Notes under the pieces: model-generated | The model's input: the letters and a program-made list of their open reading frames with translations, nothing else | Told to the model about the DNA's origin: nothing | Databases searched by the model: none | Shown: positions 43,905 to 56,600 of the stretch, piece by piece | How positions within the stretch are numbered: position 1 is the first letter of the stretch | Layout of the letters: each line of letters starts with the position of its first letter | DNA from: Lepidodermella squamata | Taxonomy: Eukaryota; Animalia; Gastrotricha | Reading direction: 5' to 3' | NCBI GenBank assembly: GCA_047495785.1 | Contig: JBLDXI010000033.1 | Span: forward strand, 1,860,001 to 1,924,000 | Length of the DNA: 64,000 bases | Position numbers and translations under genes: made by a program

Positions 43905-45822
43905 TCACAAAGACGAGGTGGTTCCGTTGCTGAAGTCTTGCAAGTCATGGTTATCAGGCGTCACCATCTCACCAGATGAATATTTGTTATTTTCCTCGTT
44001 ATGCTGCTTATTAGTATCAGTGTTTCCTTCCTCCTTAAGCTTAGCTTCTAGTACTTTTCGGTAGAAAAAGTAGCCGAGTGTGTTGTAGCTGGGCACGCAG
44101 TAGTTCATCGACTTGAGCAGGCAGCGTGGCTCGACGTCGGTTCTGCCAGTGAACGAAAAGCCGAGGCACCGGCTGCCATACTGTTCGCGCGAGGTTGAAC
44201 CGTCGTCACGCTGCGCATCGTTCGCTTCAAATTTGGAACACAGCTGTTTGCACTCCTCGAGTGAACAGCCCTGACAACCGACTCTCAGGCCATTTCTGAA
44301 CAAAAAGTTGCCACCGCAGTTGCCGTCCAGCTGCTCGTATCTGTCGTCGAAAACTGCTGGAATGATCAAAGATCCGGCTGAGGCTCCGCCTGGGCCAGGC
44401 AAAGAGATTATTCGAGGCGGAACTCTAGTCCTAAAAATTAAGATCGGTCAACTTTTTCGTCGGATATTTATGACAGTTAGACATACCGAGACGATGCCAT
44501 CATTTGAGAAGTTGTTGTCTGCCAGCGAGGTCTTCTCGTTGTGAACTGGGCCCAGTTTAACGCTCGACTGTCATCGTCATCGCCGGCATCGCCCCTGCCT
44601 CGTCGCCGATCGTCGTCATCATCGTTGTTGCCATCATTTCTAGACTGGCGCATCGGCGTCGTTTGCGGAATGATGACCGGTCCAGGGGTTGAAGCGCCAT
44701 GGCGGCCACTTTTCGCGAAGTAAGAATACGGCAACTCCGCAACTGGGGCTGAACACGTTCCCTGTTTCAACTGTAAAACGTATTCTTTCAGGTTGGAAAA
44801 ACTAGAAATCTATCATTTCTAACGTAGCACTGGTAGTTTTCTGGGTAGTCGAAGAAAGTAGAGCCGCCGCTAGACGCGCCGGTGGCGTATGAAAAGCCGT
44901 CGCAATTCGAGAAAGAATCGCACATGACGGCGCATTCTTCCAAAGAACACCGGCGGCAACCAGCTGGTTCACCTATTGAAAAGCTAAATTAAACCGTAAT
45001 GCTTTACTTCCAAACTTACCCCAATCCATTATAAAGTTTCCGCGACAGTTGCCAGGCCACATGGTGTAACTGCTGTGAAGCCCAGCGTCGCAGCGAGCTT
45101 GGAACGCTACGTTGTCAATTGCGACGTAGCCAGCAACGACCCGACGCGGAATTTCGACCTCGAGCATGATCCGATAATGATTTTTCACTGCTGGGATCGA
45201 CAGCTCTCGAAATTGCCATCGATCACCATCGATCGAACCAGGTTGTAGTGGCAACGTGTACAGCAACGTGGTATCCGACTCGACCCCAGGGCCCTCGTTA
45301 CCACCGACGACTTTCAGCCGAAAAGTCGGCCAAGGAGCTGTGGTTGCACTGCTTGGATTAGGCGCAACTACCGGGCCAGAAAATGGCGAAGCATTCGCTC
45401 GGTACCAAAACGTCAAACACCGCAGAAATGGCGATACCGAGGTGGACAGAAGCGTTGCTCGGCCTTTGGTTGCGTTGAATAGAACGCCGAATCTGAGTAA
45501 GGCGTATTTTGTCAATAAACTGGACGGCGACCGGCTACTGGCGCCTGTTGCAGACGGCAGATCATTTGGGTCTGGATCACTCGAAATTGTTGATTCATCG
45601 AAAACTTGCCATTGAAGACCGGTAGATGCATCGTCACTTCTAGACGCTTGCCATTGACAATCGGATATGTGAAGGTCGGAAAAATCGCAATCTATCGGCG
45701 TTGGATTAAATCAAAGTTGATGGGTATTTTAGGATAATGTTGGACTTACTTTGGGCGTGATTGTCTCTACAGAAAAAACAGATGACCACCAGAGCAACAA
45801 GGTAGGGCCTTGTTGCGTTCAT
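43905..45822 (-). CDS. Secreted MAM + two PAN/Apple-like domain protein, exons 45822-45750, 45691-45020, 44972-44824, 44770-44487, 44430-43905 (~567 aa)
   Basis: Signal peptide MNATRPYLVALVVICFFC; MAM motifs CDF..CQW, CLTFWY, GYVAIDNV; two repeats GNC.GNF...CSLEEC...C...C.GFS....C.LK. Confidence 0.8.
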
Positions 45823-47652
45823 TGTTACTCGCCGCTACAAAGATTCGGTGATGGTTTTCCTTCGTGTTTGTGCAGTTTTTACCTGAACAAAACGCACATT
45901 TGTTTTGCTTTGAATTGTTTTGAATGCTATCGCAAGTTGTTTTGTTTATTGCCGAAGCGAACGCCACAACGCATCGGCAAAAAGAGGCGCGCGATGATGC
46001 CGGCTATACGACCACGGAGCTTTGGCGCTCCTGTTTTCGGCGGCAAAAGCGGCACAGTCACGCGATGCAGAATCGCCTGCTGGCGAGTTTTTCAGCCCGT
46101 TATTGTTGTATGCGAAATGACATTAATAACCAGGTAGTTGCAACTGACCGATCGCGTCCTGCCTTCCGTGTCATTTAATTGTGGTACATGGCAATAAACG
46201 CCTCGCCAACGCTCATTTGTTGCCGAAAATAGCTCAAAACAAAGCGAAACGAACATTACTCAAAAAATGTAGGCCTTTTCGCGCAGTTTCACCGGCAAAC
46301 ATATAATCAAAATCAGTGAACCCGATCAAATTATCACAAGCTGGATCTAATTATTTGTTTCCTTTTATGTCGGCTCCAATTTGTTCGTGAAATTCAGCTT
46401 TCAGCCCATCCCACGCCTTTGAACATAAGTCAAGAAAACTTTGATCATCGTCAAAATTTATTTTATTTCGCTTTTATAAATTCCCAACTGCTGACAGTTC
46501 AAAAATTTAGTTTTAAATAATACATTATCATCATCATCACCATCGTTATCATCATCATGAAATACAAATACACGCCTTCCATAGCATTGAATAGTTTGAA
46601 TTGCGACGTTTCAACAGCTAAAATTTTGTTACGCGGCTCGGTAAAAAGGAGTGAGAAAAAACCTGGCAGTCCGATTTTTTTAATCATCAATTTGAAACAG
46701 TATATGACGGGCTATTGAAAATTCTCATATTGAGGGCTAAAAAATTGCGACAGTTAGAAAAGGGCTGCAGTATAACAAGAATGATAGCAACAAACGGCCG
46801 GCTGACTACGCTCAACTGACTGTGACGATTGAATGATCGCTGCGTATATACAATCAATTATTTTATTCAAAATTAATTAGCTTTCACGACCATCGAACGA
46901 GTTTCCATCGTAATTCTATATTTTTTAATTATAACAAATGCATGGAAGAGAGAATCGAGAGGAGGAAATACCGATTTAGGGCGATTCAACTCCCGCAGAA
47001 GTAGAACATTTCGTGCATATTTTTTCGTAAAATATAACAACAATCGACTCAACAGGCGGCGGCGCGTGAGGTGTTACCGCCATCACTTAGTTTCTTTTTG
47101 GTATTGGTTGCGTCAATAAATTAAGGAGGCGATTTATTTTGAGGAGGTTGATCGAAATCTTTCGGTCTATCAAGTCGGAATATAATACGTAGTTTACAGC
47201 TATCGCGCATGTAAATAGTACGAAATCAATTATAGTCGTGAAATAGAAAAATGAGAAATAAAATATCTGTGGTAAGAATAAAAGCTCATAGAATTAATCA
47301 TTGTAGTAAAAAGCTGACGTGTGACGATGACGGGAGGGAGCTCAGCTATTTCGAAATATTTCAACTATCGTTTCCAACACGAAGGAAGCACCGCGTCACG
47401 TTTTGAAATACTTATTCATGATACGAGTCCCTCCCCCGCCTGCACGCCTCCTTACATTATAAGGTGGATCATACGAATCGCCTGTACACATTCATTCCGG
47501 GAGTCAACGGGAAAGTACACAGCATCGACGCCTGCGACAATAGATACACGCAACGTGGTCCTGGGTCACTTCGTTACACAATAGACACGAGAAGTAGATA
47601 AAGAAACAAGCATCAGCAGCAGCACGATGAGACTCGCGAGTACTCATCCTCA

Positions 47653-50600
47653 TCAAGAAATGACGGTCAGTGTCACTTGACCTTTGGCCTGTTTTAGGAT
47701 CTGCACAGCCTGCTCGTGCGTGGCACCGTCAAGAGATGTGCCGTTCACGGCGATCAGCTGGTCACCGCGCTTCAGCCGGCCATCGCGAGCCGCTGCGCCG
47801 TTCGGAAACACCGTCTTAACGTAGATTGGCAGGTCGCCGTGCTGCGAGCCGAAACCGCCCACGATCGAAAAGCCCAGGCCCTCGGGTCCGCGAACTAGCG
47901 AGATTTCTTTCAGTTCTGGGGGCCTGTGAGAAAAATTATCATGAGAATTTATTTAAAAAAATCCACCTTAATATTAATCATTTTTAAAATATTGCAAGCA
48001 AATTATTATTGAAGCAATTGGCGTAAAAATAATATTTTTACAAGTCGAGATATGGAAATAGGGCGTTATCCTAAGGGGCGGCAACGTACCTTGGTTGCAT
48101 AGCACTAGCCTCCGACGGTTTGACCTGTTCTTGGTTGGCTTGTTGAGTTGCGATAACTTGAGGCGGTTGAACCTGCTGCGGCTGAACCTGAGCTGGTTGC
48201 GATTGCTGTTGTTGCTGTTGCTGGTTAGCAGTTATTCCAGTTCGAAGCAGGACTATGCCTTCGTCTTAAGGAGGAGCAAGCAAGCGCGATAGAAGAAGAG
48301 AAAGAAAGAAAAAATTAACCGTCAAGATAGCTATATTTCAAGGATTAATAGTCCCAAGTAAAATTAGAGCAAGCTGCGCAGTTTATTTGCGCTAAAAGTT
48401 TTAGTTTTAACCTCTAAGATTTTTCTTAAAACTTACTCGAAGCCAACTCCAGAACAAGAGGCTCGGGCAATGTTTTCAGTAGCCGAATAGCCTCGGAGTG
48501 AGACATGGTGACAGTCTCATGGCCGTTGATTGCCAAGATCTGCTCGCCAGGGTGGACGAGGCCAAATGAAGGCCCAGACGGATCGACATCAGCAATAACG
48601 ACCGGAATCGCCCGACCAGCCAGATCTCTACCACCCGCCACCGATAACCCGAGGCTACCCTTAGAGTCGCGGTACAGCTGCTCACGACGAAGCGGCCGGT
48701 TGACTGGTTGAGGCGCAGCCGGCTCTGGAGCAGCGATAGGGGCAGCTACAGGGGGTTTAGGCGGAGGGACCACGGCCTGAGCTGGCGGTGTGGTTTGTTG
48801 ATGGTGAACAGGCGCCACTGTCTTAACAACAGTTGTGCCCTTGAACCGCGCCAGGGTGAGGACGATCGTGCCCTGGAGAGTTCGCAGCAAGGCAGCCGCT
48901 TCCTCCTGGGTCGCCTCTCGCAAATCCTGGTCATTCACGTACAGAATCTGGTCACCCTTATGCAACCGGCCGTCTTGCTCAGCGATACTGCCTGGCACGA
49001 TGTCGGAGATGAAAACGCCGCGAGCATTGCGGCGAACAGCGATAGACAGCCCCAACGCTCGGCCGGGTCGTTTTATCAACTCGACATCGACTACTTCGTA
49101 CTGACGACCTGAGCTGGTGCTGGTCACGCCGCCGTCGTTGAGGCTAACCGAATGGGCCCCGCCGTTGCTGCTATTCGTCGGCGTTTCGTCCGGAATGTCT
49201 GGTTCTCGGTAGACGAGTAGCCGGACGACAGGCGGGGTGTGTCGCAGCACGTGGATAGCCTGGGCGTGCGTGGCCATGCGAAGGTCCTCGCCGTTGACCT
49301 CGAGGATCTGATCGCCGGGCGCGAGACGGCCATCAGCCGCAGCTGCGCCCTCTTCGATGACCTCATGGATGTACACGCCACCGACCGCAGTGTCCACCCC
49401 GCCGACGATCGACAGGCCGAGGCCTAGCCGACCGCGGTCAATTTCAATAAGGCACTCCTCGCCTGGAACAATCAAAGGCTTGCCATCGAGCATTTGCACA
49501 GCTGGCTCGGCGGCAGGCTCCGGGGCTCGGATTTGCTGACTTGACACACTAACAGGAATTTCAACTCCCTTCGGGGCGGGTTGAGGCACGGGTGGCGGGG
49601 GCTGCGATGGCGCCTGGGTGTGCGATTGCTGTTGAAGCGATGACCGCCGAGTTTCCGCCGTGGAAGATACTGAAGCCTAGAGGAAAAAAATACACCAATC
49701 GATATAAAATGCCTGGTTTTATAGCGCGTATTTTAGTACAACTGCGAGCCAGAAAATGTATCAATAAAAATGCTTGGGGCGAAAGTAATAGGAACAAGAA
49801 CGCTATGAATTTTTTCAATTCCTGCCAAAAAACATTATGAGCTTAAAAACGCATTGATTTCAAGCAATGAAAGAGAATAGAACTGCTAAAAAATCGATGA
49901 AAAGAAGCAGCGCAACACGTTCTTTTCTAATTAGCTTTACTGCCAAATTTAGAAAAAAATCTTTACAACTTACTTGAGCAATATTAGCAGACGAAGATGA
50001 AGGCAGTTGCGCAGCTGTGGTTTCCACATGAGTAGTCGACGACGAAGCAGAGGTGGGCAAAACCGAGGACGAGGACGCGGGGGACAGCTTCAGCAGGACG
50101 AATGTGAGAGTGGGAGCTGAAAGACTTCGAAGGTGCGCCGCTGCAACCAGCGGGCTCTTGCCGACCATCGACTGGCCGTTGATTTCGAGCAACTCATCGC
50201 CCGCCTGCAGCACGGGGCAGCCAGGCGGCACGTAACGCAGAACCAAACCGCCGTATCGGCCCAGTTCTAACATCGAGGCAAGATCACTACTTCCTATGAG
50301 TGACCGTGGAGCACGGACGATTCGAACTCCCGCATCGCCCGCAGAGGCTAGCAAATCGCGGTAACGATCTCTAGCGCGACGGGTGTCTTCGTCGTCCGAG
50401 GACATAGCGTCCTCGACATACGGGATCGACTCGCTGGATGCGAGGAGATTCCTCGGCTGTTGTTGTGGCACTGGCGCTGGCGCTGGTTGCGGGGTGGTTT
50501 TCGGGCGGGGCGCGGGTGGTTGTGGCTTTTCAGGGCTCTCTGACCGCTGGTTCGACGAGGGCGAGGCGGTTGACGTAGAACCAGCCAGTGGCCGGTCGAC

Positions 50601-53600
50601 GTACCGCACCTCGGGCTGGTCGCGCAGGCTCTGGACGATGAGCGAGACAATGACACCAGTTTTGCGGATGACATCGACTGCGTAGTCGTGCGTGGCCGAG
50701 CGCAGGTCGACACCGTCGACTTCGAGTATCCGGTCGCCAGTTTTCAGCTGGCCGCACCGCTCAGCCACGCTTTTCGGCAGGATTTGTTTGATGAAAATGC
50801 CAGGAATGCCGTCCTTCACGCCTGATATCGACACCTTACCCCCGACTATGCTGATGCCCAACGGCTGGCCCGGCTGGCCGCGGTCTAGCACCACGGTTTT
50901 CGGGTCCGTCCACCGGATTTCGCCCTCGGACGACTCGTGCCTCGAAACTTCGTTAGACGTCAACGGCGAAGCATCCATGTGGCCTTCGTTACTCGTCACA
51001 GTCACAGCAGTTGCACTTTCATCCGCCGGTTCGGGCGCCGGCGCAGCAGGTACCGGAGCTGGTGTAGGCTCAGCAGATTGAACTGGTTGGATTCTGCCGG
51101 CCGACTCGCGGCGAGGCGGTAGCGGCTGCTCAGCGGCGGCGGGGGTTGTGGTGGCTTCGGGAAGCCTGAAGTGCGGGCTGCAAACAAAACAGAGATGAGA
51201 CATTGTCACGCAGGGTAAATAATATTATGACAACAATTTGTTAAATAATACAAGGTATATATTAGTGATGATTATCAGGACAATACAACATTAAAAGCAA
51301 CGTTTTCAACATTATTTAAAAACACAAACATGTGAGCGCCACATCAAAAGTATTAAAAATCTTAGTGATTTTCCGGATTGAAAGGTGGTTAATTCGTGAC
51401 CCATTTCAGGACCCCCACTTCTTCAGGAATGATAATGATGACCAGGTAAAAAAACCGGCGAAAATTCATCTACGTGAAAAATCTAAGAACCAAATTTTGA
51501 TAGTTATTCATTGAACATAACGCAACGAATTAATTAGCGTGCAAGGCCCGACGTTTTCTCTCGCCAAAAACTCATATAGGAATGTAATATTTAAGAACAG
51601 CTGTCGTTGAGTAACGACAAAACAACGATATAAAGCAAGATTTTTGCTGCCATGAATGAAATAATGATATAGCTTCTACCAAACAAAAGCTCGGTGATCG
51701 TAATAGTTCAGATTTTTCGATAGCACCATTTTATAGGGCAGCAAACCAGAAGGTAAAAGATTCAGTATATAACGACATAGTTACTCTTTTCATCAAAACA
51801 ACTTGTTAGACACATTACAAGCTTACCGATAAAATTTAGGGAACGTCCTAGAAGGAACAAATTATTGCGATGAAGGAATTGTTTGAACAGTATATTATAA
51901 TAATTGACTTCTGCTGTTTGCTTCCGATTTTTTGCATCTCAGCGTTAATAAAAGCCGATTATGTAAATGAGGGCGTTGTTTACTGAACTTACTTGGGTGA
52001 CAACCGGCTGGGGAAGGCGGAGGCCGGCGAAACCGGCATATCTTGAATCGCCATCAGCACCGAGTGAATGTGCACTTGCGCATCGGCCGCCGGCACGTAC
52101 GTGATGCTGATGTCCTGCGACAGCAGCGACGCACGCCGCAAGATGGCCCGCGCCTGGTTTTCGGTCACATTCCGCAGCGATTCGTGATTGATCGATAGGA
52201 TGCAGTCGCCAACAGCTATCCTGCCATCTTTATTCACGGCCGACCCGTGGCGAATCGATTTGACAATGCAGCCGTTGACGCTGCAGTCAGGCCCAGCCTC
52301 GACTGTCAGACCGAGCTCGTCCAATACGTGCTTAGCTACCTTAATAGTTCTTTCTAGCGCCGTAGGAAGCAGAGGCACGCCGGTCGATGGCGAAATTGTG
52401 CCGCGGGGTAGCATTGGCGAGCCCATCGATCGCATCGACCAGGAAGTGGGCGAGGCTTCGCGTTTCCGGGGGATGACAGGGCTCGGTTCGCAGGACCGGC
52501 CTACGAAAGACGTAGCCGCGAACAACGAGGTAGACGTCGTGATTTGGCCGGTTGTTGTTGTCTCTGAAAGCGCCGTAAACTGAGTCAGAGATGTCGTAAC
52601 TCCAGTTTTCACGATATCGTCATTAGACGACGCGCCGCTGATATACCCGCCTCGTTTCTGAATAAAACATTTAGAAATATTAGGAGATATTCATCATAAA
52701 AAGGTAACTATTATAAACAGAAACAAAAAATAAACGAAAAGCAATACATTTTCGTGGGACACTGAAAAAGACATGGGTGGCAGTGGAGGTAATCCGCGGC
52801 ATTTCGACGCCATGTTTTCGGAAGCGGGAAAATATACAGTTTGAGCTCTACTTCTTTAATAATGACGAGCAATGATAGCATGGAAATAATAATAACAACG
52901 GTGATTTGCTCACTCATACGTGAAGGCAGCGTAGCGAAGTTACGAGGGCCCGTTCTGCTCAGCAGTAATAGCGCCATAATTCAACTAAAGCCCGGTTTTA
53001 TATCGCTGGTGCGGCATCCTAATGTACGCGAAATCAATAGCCACTGAAAATGAATCCAAGAAACCAGGTACGAAACTAGCTACAAATATCAAAGCAAAAC
53101 AAGTGCATTGTGATCTTACTCTAGTCATCGCCGTCATTCCGGTCGAGAAGACATCGATAACATCGGATCATTGTCTGAGGCTGCTGCTACTGCTGCTTCT
53201 TCGCAAATGCGAAATATATCTCATGTCATCAGCGGTTCTACTGCACGAAATTCTAGCGCTATTTCCAATTTGCCGCTATATATCTCATTCTAGTAGTCGC
53301 ACAACAACAGAAGCGCGGAAATTTCATTGTCGATCGATTTTTCAGAGTCGCTGGCTTTCATTTTTTTCTTAAATATGCTTCAATAGTCGCAAGTGAATTT
53401 ATTACACGGCGTCACAAGTGAACACGTTGCCGTGACTCTGCGGCGCACACGCTCGGCTGAAGTAATAGCAATAACTACAGAGCAATAATGCAAATGATAG
53501 AAAAAACGGAAGATGGGAGCTGACGAGCTTCATGGACTGGCTTCAAATACTTTTACGACTCGATTTTTGCAGAAATAATATAATTTCAGACGTTGCCGCA

Positions 53601-56600
53601 ATAACTATTCAGCAATACGCGCTGCAAAACCACGATTGGCTTAATCATCCAAAACAACTCATTTCTTGCACGGCTCTTCACCGCGTATGAGATAGGCAGC
53701 CGTCATCATATCAATGACCGGCGCGCTGAGTTAGTTAAGTGGACGGCTGGGAGAATGAAAGGAAGACGTTGACAAGACGTCATTTTTTGTGTATGAGCTC
53801 ATCTTGTCAGCCGAAAATATCATAAAAAACTCGAGGGGGAGAAAAATGAACTGTCAAAATAGCCCAATCGATATCTAGGACTTGATACAAGACATCTCTA
53901 GAGTAGGACATGCGGAACAAAGCTGGGGTGTCGCAGGCCGGCTCAAGACTTACCTTTCGAGATTCATCAATATAACGGCGCTGTTCATCTGATAGAACAG
54001 GCTTCGGTGGGACAGCGGGTTTAGGCTGAGAAGCGCTATCCGCTGCCGGGCTGTGGATGGTGGCGTGGGAAACGGCTGGGCCAGCCACTAGAAGCGCTTC
54101 TTCGGTGTTGTGACGAGGTGATGCGAACTGCGTGATGGTTGTTACATAGCAGCAGCAGCAAGCGGTGCGTGAGGTGGTGGCACAGACAAAAATAACAAAA
54201 CACGAACGTAAATTTCCGGGTGCAACATTTAATAAAGAATTGTATAAGGGAGGTGAACAAGCAGGTGCAAGCTACGGTATTATGCTATGAAATATATAAA
54301 TCACTAACCTTTTCTTCGAATTTCTCCTCGACTTTAGGCGCCGGTGGAGTTACTGACGTGACCGGCACCATGGCTTGGTGTTCAGTGCTCTTAGGCCGCG
54401 GGATGTCGCTGAAAGCAGGCCGGGGCAACGTTTCCGCGGCTTGAATTCGCTCGGAGTCGAGGGCGTGATGGACCGTTAACACCACAATGCCAGGCGGGGC
54501 AGATCGAAGAACCTGCAGCGCGTCGTCGAGCGTCACGCTGTCTAGACGTGTGTCGTTGACAGCGGCTAATAAATCACCAGGGCGCAGGCGACCGTCTGTG
54601 TGCGCGACACCGCCGGGCACCAACGATCTCACGACGATCACAGTCCGAGTTCGGTCGCACGGATCTTCGGCGTCGAAAATGCTGAAACCAAGGCCTCGGT
54701 CGCCTTTCACCAACTGAATCACATCGGCATGCGTGTTCCACCGCCGCAAACTTTCGAGGGGTTCGAGGGAGCGCGATCTTGTAGCCATGTCCAACATTCC
54801 GGACGAAGAATCAGAGCTGGGTAACATGCCGATGCCACTTCCGAGGAGTTCCTCAGACTTGGCCTTGGTCAACGATCCTGATAGCCGTTTCGAATCCCCT
54901 CGCTTGAAGTTGGTTGTTGCTTCTGCCGATAGATCGGCAACAGGCGAGGTGGGGCTGGCGGCATTTGATTTTCGCGCGACAACAAAGCGAATATCATTAG
55001 GAAGACGTTTCAAAATTTGCAGTACTTTTTGATGAGGTACGCCGTAGAGTTGGTGGTTGTTAACCTCGAGCAGCGCGTCGCCGGGTTCGAGGCAGCCCGC
55101 CTGGCCGACCGCCCGCGCTGGGTCGATTGAGCGAATGAAGTGCTGCGGCCGCACTTCGCAGCCGTTTTCGACGTCAACTGTGCCCTCCAGCGTGAGGCCG
55201 AGGCCGAGCGACTGGGGCCGGGAAAACTGACACACAACCACATCCCAGTCCGAGCCGATGTGACGGGACCATTTTTGCCGCAAATAATCACCAACAAGCG
55301 GGTCCAAGGGTCCATCTATCAGCAGATTCATTGAATTATAAAGTTCCAAATGAATGAAATTTGCTTACCAAATTTGTTAATACTGTTAGGAGGAGCTATT
55401 TCAAGTTGATTTGCATCAGAAGCAGTAGAAGGCAAAACTGAGGGAAGAATTGATGGCGATAGCTGTTCGATGACAGTGTTGCTTCGCTCTGTGAAAAAGA
55501 ACACGAAATTAAATGACTTGCCAGGCATAAAAAGGTGATTAGCTACCCACCCTTGCGAGTGTGGCCTTTTTTCGGAAAAACAACTAGCATAGTAGTGTTG
55601 ACAAAAACGCTGTCAAATGATTTCTTCCACCAACACCAGCATTAATAAAGTGGGTCTGAGTGGGCTATTCTGATCGAATGGGCTCATGATGATGATGATA
55701 TCGCGCACATGTTATGAGTCAACGCGCTAAAGCTCGCGGGTGGCTTCGCTTTCATAAACCACCATAAAAATAAATATCGAGTTTGCGCAAACACATTTCA
55801 TGACATTTGACAACACTGGCGTGTTCGCATTGCGATAGGATGAGCCGGATTTTCCACAGGGTGCAGCCAACGTGCTATGATAGTTGACATATCACAATCT
55901 AGTCGCATTGAATGCAGCATTAAAAAGATCGTGATTTTATTTGGGAATCGAAACCCCACTACGAAATTGAAAATGGAGCGAAAACTGAATGGCTGATTAT
56001 ACATACATTATAACGAATAATTGTAGTATCAACGCGCCGGCGACAATAGCCGAGTTGACACTTATACCCATCAGTGGTGAAAGGGGTAATAGTAGTAGTT
56101 GTAGTAGTAGCAGCATGAAAATTGGACTCGCGCTATTTAAAGCCAAGGCGCTGACTGCCCGGCTAAGTTTAGGCGTCGAAAAATCGATAAATTATTGTAT
56201 TATTCAGATTTGGCCATTATGTCAATGTGACTCGCACGTTTTCTATTATGTATCAGCGCACATCATTGAAATCAGAACTAAATAATAGTAATAAGAAAAC
56301 TATAAAATTCAGTTGTTGTTGCTACTGAAATGAGTAACGCGAACGGCAGAGGGACGCGGTCGAACTGGCATAAGTATACATATCATAATAGCCTCCGAGA
56401 TTTCAGTAAAAGAACACTCACTAAATCGGAGTGCGCCAATGCTCATTACAGCCGCGGGTCGCAAATGGCCCGACTAAATGACTACCGAGACCGCCAGAGC
56501 ATCAGGGTTTGACACGCAAAAAACGACGAAATCACGGTCTTTATCAAAATTGGAATTATCGAGTGAAATCGCGGGCTAGCAAAAAATTAACGACGAATTT

